From: Candidatus Amarobacillus elongatus
GTDB taxonomy: Bacteria; Chloroflexota; Dehalococcoidia; Tepidiformales; Tepidiformaceae
Assembly: GCA_016703545.1 (NCBI GenBank)
Contig: JADJBX010000001.1
Location: 643,186-707,185, forward strand
DNA: 64,000 nucleotides
Direction of reading: 5' to 3'
Made by a program: the position numbers and the translations under genes. Below are positions 36,031 to 43,277 of the stretch, one piece after another. Numbering within the stretch: the stretch's first letter is position 1; each line of letters opens with the position of its first letter. The notes beneath the pieces are model-generated. The model had not been told where the DNA came from, ran no database searches, and saw only the letters and a program-made list of their open reading frames with translations.

Positions 36031-37815
36031 CTAGAACGCGACGAAGCGGACGTTGTAGATGCCGTCGATGGCCTCGATGTCGGCGAGCTGCTCCTCCGAG
36101 GGGCGTTCGTCGACGGCGATGAGCATGAGGGCGCGGCCCCGGCGGCCGCGGCGCCCCACCTGCATGGAGCGGATGTTGATATCGAAGCCGCCGAGGAGGG
36201 TGCCGACGCGGCCAATCATCCCGGGTCGGTCCTCGTTATCGCAGGCGAGCAGGAACGTGCCGCGTTCGGGGATGAGGTCCACATCGAGGGCGTTGAGGAT
36301 GACGATGTGCGGATGGCCGTGCTGGACGGTGCCGGCGACGGTGACCTCGGCGTCGGTGGTCTGGACTTTGACGTGGACCAGGTTATGGAAGACCTCGTGC
36401 GAGGGCTTCATCCGCTCTTCGATCTGCCAGCCGCGCGACTGCGCGATGAGATTCGCATTCACCATATTCACGTTCTCCTCGCTGATGGGGCGAAGGAGGC
36501 CGCGGATGATGGAGGCGCGCAGCGGCGTGACGTCGTGCTCGGTGATTTCGCCGTAATACTCGATCTCGATGCCCGTCAGCTTGCCGGTGACGAGCTGCGT
36601 GGCGATCGCGCCGACCGACTCGGCAACGGTCATGTACGGCTGCACGACCTGCAGGGTCTCGGGCGCGAGCATGGGCGCGTTGACGGCGTAGCGGGCGGGC
36701 TTGCCGGAGAGGATTTCGACGATCTGCTCGGCGACATCGAGGGCGACGCGCTCCTGTGCTTCGGCCGTGCTGGCGCCGAGGTGCGGGGTGACGATGATAC
36801 GCGGGTCGCCGAGGAGCGGGTTATTGGGGTCAATCGGCTCGGCCGTGAAGACGTCGATGGCGGCGCCGGCGAGCTTCCCGGACTTCACGGCCTCGGCGAG
36901 CGCGGCTTCGTCGATGATGCCGCCGCGGGCGACGTTGATGAGGCGCGCGCCGTCCTTCATCTTCGCGATCTGCTCGGCGCCGATCATGCCGCTGGTGGAG
37001 GCGGTGAGGGGCGGGTGCACGGTGAGGAAGTCGGAGAGCATGAGGAGCTGCTCGAAATCGACGGACTCCACGCCCATGGCCTTCGCGCGCTCGGCGGGGA
37101 CGAAGGGGTCGAAGGCGAGCACCTGCATCTCCATGGCGACGGCGCGGCGGGCGACTTCGGAGCCGATCTTGCCGAGGCCGACGATGCCGAGGGTCTTGCC
37201 GCGGAGCTCGGTGCCCATGTAGTCCTTGCGGGCCCACTTGCCGGCGCGCATGGAGGCGTCGGCCTGGGGGACGTGGCGGGCGAGGGACATGAGGAGGGCG
37301 ATGGTGTGCTCGGCGGCGGCGACGGTGTTGCCCTGCGGCGCATTGACCACGATCACGCCGCGTTCGGTGGCGGCGGGGATATCGATGTTGTCGACGCCGA
37401 CGCCCGCGCGGCCGACGACGGTCAGCTTCGAGGCGGCTTCGATCACGGGGCGGGTGACCTTCGTCTCGGAACGAACGACGAGGGCATCGTAGTTGCCGAT
37501 GATGTCGACGAGGGTGTCCTGCGGGAGGCCGGTCTTCACATCGACGTCGCCGACGGCGCGAAGCATTTCGATGCCCTCGGGGGCGACGGGATCGGCGATG
37601 AGGATGCGCGGGCGTGCTTCCGTGGGCATGGGTGCGTTCTCCTTGAGGGCAGCGAGGGCGAAATCAACGGCTGCGGGGATGCGTGTCCGGCCGGAGTCCC
37701 AACGGCTGATGGTGGCCTGGTCCACGCCGAGGGTGGTGGCGATGGCGGCCTGGGAGAGGCCGAGGCGGCTGCGGGCGGCGACGAAGTCGCTGGCTTCCAT
37801 GTATGCAGAATGCAT
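36031..37815 (-). CDS. serA: D-3-phosphoglycerate dehydrogenase (long type with ASB and ACT domains) carrying an in-frame N-terminal XRE-type HTH extension
   Basis: From internal ATG 37629 (MPTEARPRILIADPVAPEGIEML...) this is a 532-aa PGDH with a Rossmann GxGxxG (GIVGLGKIG) and a C-terminal ACT domain. The 62 upstream in-frame codons encode ...MEASDFVAARSRLGLSQAAIATTLGVDQATISRWDSGRTRIPAAVDFALAALKE. No stop separates the two parts. Confidence 0.88.
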   Translation of the reverse strand: MHSAYMEASDFVAARSRLGLSQAAIATTLGVDQATISRWDSGRTRIPAAVDFALAALKENAPMPTEARPRILIADPVAPEGIEMLRAVGDVDVKTGLPQDTLVDIIGNYDALVVRSETKVTRPVIEAASKLTVVGRAGVGVDNIDIPAATERGVIVVNAPQGNTVAAAEHTIALLMSLARHVPQADASMRAGKWARKDYMGTELRGKTLGIVGLGKIGSEVARRAVAMEMQVLAFDPFVPAERAKAMGVESVDFEQLLMLSDFLTVHPPLTASTSGMIGAEQIAKMKDGARLINVARGGIIDEAALAEAVKSGKLAGAAIDVFTAEPIDPNNPLLGDPRIIVTPHLGASTAEAQERVALDVAEQIVEILSGKPARYAVNAPMLAPETLQVVQPYMTVAESVGAIATQLVTGKLTGIEIEYYGEITEHDVTPLRASIIRGLLRPISEENVNMVNANLIAQSRGWQIEERMKPSHEVFHNLVHVKVQTTDAEVTVAGTVQHGHPHIVILNALDVDLIPERGTFLLACDNEDRPGMIGRVGTLLGGFDINIRSMQVGRRGRRGRALMLIAVDERPSEEQLADIEAIDGIYNVRFVAF

Positions 37816-37843
37816 GAAGAACGTGTTTCATGCAAAGTGCATG
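37803..37843. promoter_or_regulatory. Twin palindromic operator-like sites over the start of the HTH-serA ORF
   Basis: ATGCAgaaTGCAT (37803-37815) and CATGCAaagTGCATG (37829-37843). They are also linked by an 8-bp inverted repeat TGCATGAA-N8-TTCATGCA. Locally AT-rich. Confidence 0.5.
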
Positions 37844-37971
37844 GCGGCCTGCGGCCGCCAGTTCCCCGTTGGCGGCCACTGGTTCCCGTGGCGCAGGGTG
37901 AGCGCGGCGAAAAGGGGATGGCGGTTGGCCATCCCCCTGGATTGGTTGCGACTGTGGACTGGGTCAGGCGG

Positions 37972-38442
37972 CTATTTGGTGACGGAGGAAAGGATGCGGA
38001 TCGCCGCGGCTTCGCTGATGGGACCGGGGGTGGGGAGGGTGACGATGAAGCCTCGGTCGGCGGTGAGAAGGGTGTACTCGACGAGTGGACCGGCGGTGAC
38101 GCGGTAGAGGTCCTGGCCGGCCGTTGGCGCGGGCAAGCGGTTCGCTGGGCTTTCGTCGCCGGGGAACTGGAATCGGGAGCCGACGTACAGGAGCTTGAAC
38201 CACTCGGACCCCTTCTCGTATCGCGCCTCGATCCGCGTGGGCAGGCCCGACGTCGGGAACGGAGGCATGGGGAGAATCGTGAGGGAGACGAGGCGGTAGC
38301 CTGCGGGTGGTGAGCCGAGCGGTATGGCCGCACCGGAGGCCTTCTCCGCCGCAGACGCAGCTTCAGCCGCGGAAGTGAAGGTAGTGATCTGCGGCGGTTG
38401 GCCGTTGCGCTGTTGGGACGCTCCGCACTCGCCAGGCACCAA
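37972..38442 (-). CDS. Hypothetical protein with a DUF4367-like C-terminal domain (possibly the 3' part of a longer broken gene)
   Basis: Contains ...PLGSPPAGYRLVSL...RIEARYEKGSEWFKLLYVG...LVEYTLLTADRGFIVTLPTPGPISEAAAIRILSSV. This matches the pattern of the periplasmic domain found in anti-sigma/LolA-like proteins, from my recollection of the family. TTG start directly abuts a C5/G5 run. Confidence 0.5.
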   Translation of the reverse strand: MVPGECGASQQRNGQPPQITTFTSAAEAASAAEKASGAAIPLGSPPAGYRLVSLTILPMPPFPTSGLPTRIEARYEKGSEWFKLLYVGSRFQFPGDESPANRLPAPTAGQDLYRVTAGPLVEYTLLTADRGFIVTLPTPGPISEAAAIRILSSVTK

Positions 38443-38479
38443 CCCCCACGGTCGCTACGAGGGCCACGCGGGGCCCGTG

Positions 38480-38937
38480 AGGACCGGGCAGACCCGGCCA
38501 AAGCATTGCTGGTCCCCGCGCGCGGCAGCGCGCTGCGCACCTCGAGCAGGAGCCCACACAATGTGATGTCGTAAGAGTAGAACGACTGCTGGTTCCACGC
38601 CGATAGAGCACCGAATCGGTATGAGTGATTCGGATTGTTGCCGACAACCCAGAATCGGACCCACTGGGGCGGGTGGGATGTTCCTGCCATAGAAATCGAC
38701 GAGGTCCTGCCGGTGTTGACATCTGCGCTATACGCGACGCCGTGCCACCATGAGTACGCCGGAGTACGCGCCGTGGCCGGAAGATGGACCGGCACTTCCG
38801 GTGTTCCAGCCGGAATACACCGAACGGACCTCGACCTGGGAGGCCACGGCGGTCAGTACGCCGATAGCCATCGGCAACACCAAGGCGAGCCCAACGACGA
38901 TGATGAATCGCTTGTTGGTGACGCTCGGGCTATTCAG
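38480..38937 (-). pseudogene. Fragmented ORF: signal/TM peptide plus aromatic-rich domain, interrupted by a 10-bp tandem duplication
   Basis: GGAGGG then CTG 38937 gives LNSPSVTNKRFIIVVGLALVLPMAIGVLTAVASQVEVRSVYSGWNTGSAGPSSGHGAYSG.., with a stop at 38728. A second frame continues YSWWHGVAYSADVNTGRTSSISMAGTSHPPQWVRFWVVGNNPNHSYRFGALSAWNQQSFYSYDITLCG. Deleting one copy of GAGTACGC-NN (38752-38761 / 38762-38771) joins them in frame. Confidence 0.35.
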
Positions 38938-40399
38938 GGAACCCTCCTGCGTTAGTGCGCCGAAGGTAGACCAGCCTCACGTACCAGAGACGAGCTATTC
39001 TGCGGAAGTTTCCACCGAGGGTTCTGGCAGGTATTGTCAGGCGCTGAAGACCGTCCCAAGGCAGCACGAAAGGGCTGCGGCCCAGACCTGACGCCTGAGT
39101 GCGTTCATGCAGGGGAACAATCGCATTCTGGACTCTTTCAAAGGGGGCCGGTCGGCGGCAACCGTACGCTCGCGATCCGCAACCTCCTCTGCGCTCCCCG
39201 CCCGGGGACGACTCTATTCGAGGGACTGCCGTCCGCCTGTGGCACCGGGGGGGCTGCCCCCTTTGTGATAGCGGCCGGGGGGGGTAGCGCGCTTCGGCGA
39301 GCAGCTTCTCGACGACGTCGAGGGCTTCGACGAGGTCCGAGTGCTGGAAGTAGCCGAGGTGGCCGATGCGGAAGATCTTGCCTTCGAGCTTGCCCTGGCC
39401 GCCGCCGAGCACGACGCCGTGCTCTTCGCGCGCCTTCTTGCTGATGGCCTTGCCATCGACGCCTTCGGGCCACCAGATGGCGGTGACGGTGTTCGAGGCG
39501 TACCGCTCGTCGACGGGGACGAGCTTCAGGCCGAGCGACTTCACGCGTTCGCGGGTGTAGTTCCCGGCGGCTTCGTGGCGGGTGAAGATGCCTTCGAGGC
39601 CTTCGGCGCGCATCAGCTCGAACGCCTTGTCCATCGAGTAGTAGACGGTCATGGCCGGGGTCCAGGGGTTCTGAAGCTTCTCCAGGGAGTCGCGCGTCTT
39701 CGCTGCATCGAAGTAGAAGCGCGGCATCTTCGCCTCGGCGTTCGCCGCCCAGGCGCGCTCGCTCAGCCAGACGAAGGCGAGGCCGGGGGGCACCATCCAG
39801 CCCTTCTGCGAGCCACTGACGACGACATCGAGGCCCCAGCGCTCGGCCGGGCAGGGGACGGAGCTCATGGAGCTGACGGCGTCGACGATGATCAGGCGGT
39901 CGCGGGAGCGGACTTCCTTCGCGATCGCCTCGAGGGGGTTGGTGACGCCGGTCGAAGTCTCGTTATGGGTGACCATGACGGCCTTGATGTCCTTGTCGGC
40001 ATCGAGGCGGCGGCCGACTTCGGCGGGATCGATCGCTTCGCCCCACTCCACGGCATAGCTTTCGATCTCGGCGCCGTAGGTCTTCGCGATGCTGCGAAGG
40101 CGGTCGCCGAAGGAGCCGATGGAGCAGGCGAGCACCTTGTCGCCGGGGCTGAGAGTGTTGACGACGGCGGTTTCGAGGCCGCCCGTGCCGGACGTGGTCA
40201 GCGAAAGGACATCGCTGTTCGTACCGAAAACCCAGTTCAGGCCGTCAGTGACGCGCCGGATGATCTGGGCGAACTCGGGACCGCGGTGGTTCATCATGGG
40301 CGCGGCGCTCGTCTGCAGGACGTCCTTGGGGATGGGGGTGGGGCCGGGAATGCGGAGGTTGACCAAGGAGTGGCTCCGGGGGAGGTGAGTGCGAATCAT
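38930..40399 (-). CDS. Class-V aminotransferase (serine-glyoxylate / phosphoserine aminotransferase-like); true 3' end probably near 39290
   Basis: ATG 40399 gives MIRTHLPRSHSLVNLRIPGPTPIPKDVL...TSGTGGLE...VVSGSQKGWMVPPGLAF (PLP-lysine SQK)...RIGHLGYF...VVEKLLAEAR, about 370 aa. The as-sequenced frame then runs ~120 more codons of non-protein-like sequence through a C8 run to TAG 38930. Confidence 0.85.
   Translation of the reverse strand: MIRTHLPRSHSLVNLRIPGPTPIPKDVLQTSAAPMMNHRGPEFAQIIRRVTDGLNWVFGTNSDVLSLTTSGTGGLETAVVNTLSPGDKVLACSIGSFGDRLRSIAKTYGAEIESYAVEWGEAIDPAEVGRRLDADKDIKAVMVTHNETSTGVTNPLEAIAKEVRSRDRLIIVDAVSSMSSVPCPAERWGLDVVVSGSQKGWMVPPGLAFVWLSERAWAANAEAKMPRFYFDAAKTRDSLEKLQNPWTPAMTVYYSMDKAFELMRAEGLEGIFTRHEAAGNYTRERVKSLGLKLVPVDERYASNTVTAIWWPEGVDGKAISKKAREEHGVVLGGGQGKLEGKIFRIGHLGYFQHSDLVEALDVVEKLLAEARYPPRPLSQRGQPPRCHRRTAVPRIESSPGGERRGGCGSRAYGCRRPAPFERVQNAIVPLHERTQASGLGRSPFVLPWDGLQRLTIPARTLGGNFRRIARLWYVRLVYLRRTNAGGFPE
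38938..39290 (-). other. AT-richer, structured ~350-nt segment of unknown function (candidate cis-regulatory leader or ncRNA)
   Basis: It lies between the conserved end of the class-V aminotransferase and the broken ORF. An 8-bp helix pairs the SD region (GAGGGUUC, 38946..38939) with GAACCCUC (39024..39017). Several further hairpins are present, plus G7 and G8 homopolymers at 39247-39253 and 39277-39284. I could not match any Rfam family by eye. Confidence 0.25.
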
Positions 40400-40647
40400 C
40401 GTCGAACGTGCGAATAAGCCGGTCAACCAGCGAACGAGCGGCGCTGGTGCGAATCGTGTGCGCTGAGGCGAGAAGGCCCCGCCCGCGCGCCTCCGGCGAT
40501 CGCACATGCGGCGGATCGTGAATCGTGTCAGGTTCGAAATCGTCCGGAAGGCGTGGGGGAGGGGCTCCGAGGGGGAGTGTGTGTTACGACTCATCGACGG
40601 TCCCAATGGAGCGTTGCCGCCGCAAATCCGGAGATCTATAGTCCCTG

Positions 40648-40665
40648 TTGTTACGGATTTCACAA
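40648..40665. promoter_or_regulatory. Rex operator-like site upstream of rex
   Basis: TTGTTACGGATTTCACAA versus TTGTGAA-N4-TTCACAA. The right half matches 7/7 and the left half 5/7. It starts 6 nt downstream of a TATAGT -10-like hexamer (40637-40642) and ends 10 nt before the rex GTG. Confidence 0.55.
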
Positions 40666-40674
40666 CCGTAGCGG

Positions 40675-41322
40675 GTGACGATGACGCTCGAAATCCCAGA
40701 GGTCGTGATTAATCGTTTGCCGGTGTACGCACGGGCACTGGCGGCGCTCGCGATGGACGGGGAGACGGTCGTGAGCTCGCAGACGCTGGGCGAGCGGCTG
40801 GACGTGACGCCGGCGCAGATCCGGAAGGACCTCAGCTACTTCGGGCGGTTCGGCAAGCAGGGCCGCGGGTACAACGTGCTCGGTCTGCTGGCGAAGCTCC
40901 GAGAAATCCTGGGATTGGACCGGAAGTGGCGGGTGGCGCTCGTCGGTGTCGGGCGGCTCGGGCAGGCCATCGCCGAGTACGGCGGGTTCGAACCGCAGGG
41001 GTTCCAGATTGTCGCCGTGTTCGACAGCGACCCCGCGGCGATTGGCACGACGGTGAAGGACGTGGTGGTGCGCGATTCCGCCGACCTGGACACGTTCCTG
41101 CGCCAGAACCCGGTCGATATTGGGGTCGTGGCGGTTCCGGGGCACGCGGCGCAGCAGGTGGTGGACCGGCTCGTGAGCGCGGGCATCCGCGCCATCCTGA
41201 ACTACGCCCCCATGACGCCGCACGTGCCGGCGGAGGTCGCGGTGCGCAACATCGACCCCGTTCTCGCAATGCAGAGCATGACCTTCTACATCAAACGCCA
41301 GGACCCGATGGGCGCGAAGTAG
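40675..41322 (+). CDS. rex: Redox-sensing transcriptional repressor Rex
   Basis: Contains RLPVYARAL...VSSQTLGERLDVTPAQIRKDLSYFGRFGKQGRGYNV (winged helix) plus the Rossmann motif VALVGVGRLGQA.... Confidence 0.92.
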   Translation: MTMTLEIPEVVINRLPVYARALAALAMDGETVVSSQTLGERLDVTPAQIRKDLSYFGRFGKQGRGYNVLGLLAKLREILGLDRKWRVALVGVGRLGQAIAEYGGFEPQGFQIVAVFDSDPAAIGTTVKDVVVRDSADLDTFLRQNPVDIGVVAVPGHAAQQVVDRLVSAGIRAILNYAPMTPHVPAEVAVRNIDPVLAMQSMTFYIKRQDPMGAK

Positions 41323-41404
41323 GCGTTGCGGGGCGGGGGCGGGCGGACTAGAGTCCGGGTCCGGCCCCATGTTTGGGGTGCGAGTTCGGGCGAGGTGAGG
41401 ACCG

Positions 41405-41569
41405 GTGCGGCAGAGGCTTCTCGCGGGGTTGGTTGTGGCGATGGTTGCCGTCGCGTTCGTTTCGAGGGTGGGCGGCTCTTTCGCGGCGCCGGCGGGCACG
41501 ACGCCACGCGCGGTCCTGCCGATGCTCGCCGCGGACTTCGGGGACGATTCGGACACGAGCCAGAAGTAG
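41405..41569 (+). CDS. Small secreted/membrane peptide (54 aa), not in the ORF track
   Basis: GTG 41405 follows GAGGTGAGG. Sequence is (M)RQRLLAGLVVAMVAVAFVSRVGGSFAAPAGTTPRAVLPMLAADFGDDSDTSQK. It has a signal-like N-terminus and very high GC3 in this frame only. Confidence 0.35.
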   Translation: MRQRLLAGLVVAMVAVAFVSRVGGSFAAPAGTTPRAVLPMLAADFGDDSDTSQK

Positions 41570-41581
41570 GCGGCGCGGTCC

Positions 41582-43108
41582 TCAGCGGCAGGTGTCGGTG
41601 CGTGGGTCCGAACTGGCCACGACAGACGGCGTCGTGCCCGCGACCCAGTTCTTCCAGATGTCGAAGAAGGTGACCGGCTTTGCGCCGCCGGGGATGGCGA
41701 CGCCGTAAACGGTCTCGTTCGCGTAGATGGTGTAGTGCTCCGGGCAGGTGGGGGCGTAGACGCCGGGCGGGGTCGTGACCAGCTGGCGCTCTTCGCCCTT
41801 CGCGACGGCCGCCGGGAGGTCCAGCAGGAACTGGCGCAGCTCCGAGGCGAAGGTGAGCAACGTGAGCGGGCGGCCGGCGAGGGTGTAGCCGGCTGCGATG
41901 ATCTCGCTCGAGATGAGGCGATCGGTGAGGCCCATGCGGACGAAGTAGGGCGTCGTGAGGTGGTTGGCCATTACGTGCTCGACGTCCGTGCACAGCCACT
42001 CGGTGCCAGGGCGGTTGCGGGCGTGCCATTCGACGCAGCTCTCATCGAGGTGGCGATTCAGGGCCTGCGTGTCGCGTGCGGAGACCGCGGTCTCGTAGGT
42101 GCAGCGGCCGTTCGTCCTGCACGCCTCGGTGGCCCCCCACCCGAGCTTCGAGAGGTCCGGGGTGGTGGCGGAATCGATGAGGCCGCGGACGATCGGCCGG
42201 TTGGGGCCAGCGGCCAGTAAGGCGGCGACGCGGTCGAGGTTGAAGACCACACCGACGCCGCCCGCCGAGCCGCCAGCGAATACGACCTCGGCGGCGTCGG
42301 AGAGGTCGGGAAGCGGCGTGCGGGTGCGAACGTACGTGAGGGGCGCGGTCCCGGGGTCGCGGTTGAGGGGTCGCGAGGGGCGGCATCCAGCACGAGCGAG
42401 GCCGGTCATCGCGATCATGTACTCGACGGGCTTCCCCGTGGCGGGGTCGTTCGCCTGCACGGTCAGGGCGGGCGCGCGGCCGGACCAGAGGTCGCTGGAG
42501 CAGTAGCGGACGAAGACCTGGTTCCAGTTGGCGAACGGGTTCTCAGGACGACGGGCGAAGATGCCATCGCCGGGATTGGCGTTGCCGGCGGCGTCGGTGC
42601 TCATGTTGGAGGAGTCGAAGTTGGTATCGACGCCACACCACCGGTTCGCGCAGTCCTGCGGCGTGGCGCAGCTGCCGCCGCCGGCGAGGCCAATGACCCA
42701 GCGGTTGCGGTTGGCCTCACCTTCGTAGGGCCGGAAGAAAAGGACGGCGGGCGAGCCGTCGTTGCAGATGGCGCGCGGAAAGAGCGCGATGTCGATGTCG
42801 TGGCGCTGGAGGCCCGGGGTTGAGGTGCCGGCCTGCCCCGACGGGCCGCGAGCGGGCACGCGGCAGCTCAGCGCATCCTCGATGGTTGGCTTGAGAACGA
42901 CGGCGGTTTCGCGCGGGACGGCGGTCGGGGAGGGGGCTGCCGCCGTCGTGGGCGAGGCCGGGCTCGCGTTGGCCGTGGCCGGGGCCGCGGTAACGCCATC
43001 GCCGGGGGTGGGCGAAGGTGCCGCGCCACTCCCGGAACCACCGCAGGCCGCGAGGAACAGGCCAAGCGCCAGGGCGGCGACAACAAGGGTGAGGGATCCT
43101 GCTCGCAC
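41582..43108 (-). CDS. Pectin acetylesterase / Notum-like family lipoprotein
   Basis: Lipobox LFLAAC. Contains ...NRWVIGLAGGGSC...NPFANWNQVFVRYCSSDLWSG...VVFAGGSAGG, the PAE-family pattern with nucleophile motif GxSAGG. Confidence 0.75.
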   Translation of the reverse strand: MRAGSLTLVVAALALGLFLAACGGSGSGAAPSPTPGDGVTAAPATANASPASPTTAAAPSPTAVPRETAVVLKPTIEDALSCRVPARGPSGQAGTSTPGLQRHDIDIALFPRAICNDGSPAVLFFRPYEGEANRNRWVIGLAGGGSCATPQDCANRWCGVDTNFDSSNMSTDAAGNANPGDGIFARRPENPFANWNQVFVRYCSSDLWSGRAPALTVQANDPATGKPVEYMIAMTGLARAGCRPSRPLNRDPGTAPLTYVRTRTPLPDLSDAAEVVFAGGSAGGVGVVFNLDRVAALLAAGPNRPIVRGLIDSATTPDLSKLGWGATEACRTNGRCTYETAVSARDTQALNRHLDESCVEWHARNRPGTEWLCTDVEHVMANHLTTPYFVRMGLTDRLISSEIIAAGYTLAGRPLTLLTFASELRQFLLDLPAAVAKGEERQLVTTPPGVYAPTCPEHYTIYANETVYGVAIPGGAKPVTFFDIWKNWVAGTTPSVVASSDPRTDTCR

Positions 43109-43277
43109 GCGAGCATGCTACGCGATTTTCGGCCGCCGCCGGGCGCCAGTGTGGTGCGATCCACACTGACGCTGTCTCCGCCGTATGACGGATCCGGTGT
43201 CCGGGAAGCGCCGCGGATGATGGGAGGCGAAGCAAGACAACGAAACGACCGCGAAGGCGGCGACGGAGGAACCCCGG

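Noticed and set aside
38938-39290. Assignment of the structured region to a cobalamin riboswitch, SRP RNA, RNase P RNA, tmRNA, TPP riboswitch or group II intron domain V.
   Set aside because: Each shares only one short block: B12-box-like CCUGACAAUACCUGCC, GUCAGGUCUGG, CAGAACCC, CGUACGGUU. The remaining obligatory conserved elements were not found by eye, so a covariance-model search is needed.
42300-42420. Suspicious Arg/Pro/Thr-rich stretch (…GLARAGCRPSRPLNRDPGTAPLTYVRTRTPLP…) inside the esterase gene as another compensated frameshift.
   Set aside because: Neither alternative frame gives a clearly better, family-like sequence. One has stops and the other is also low-complexity. It cannot be supported without an alignment.
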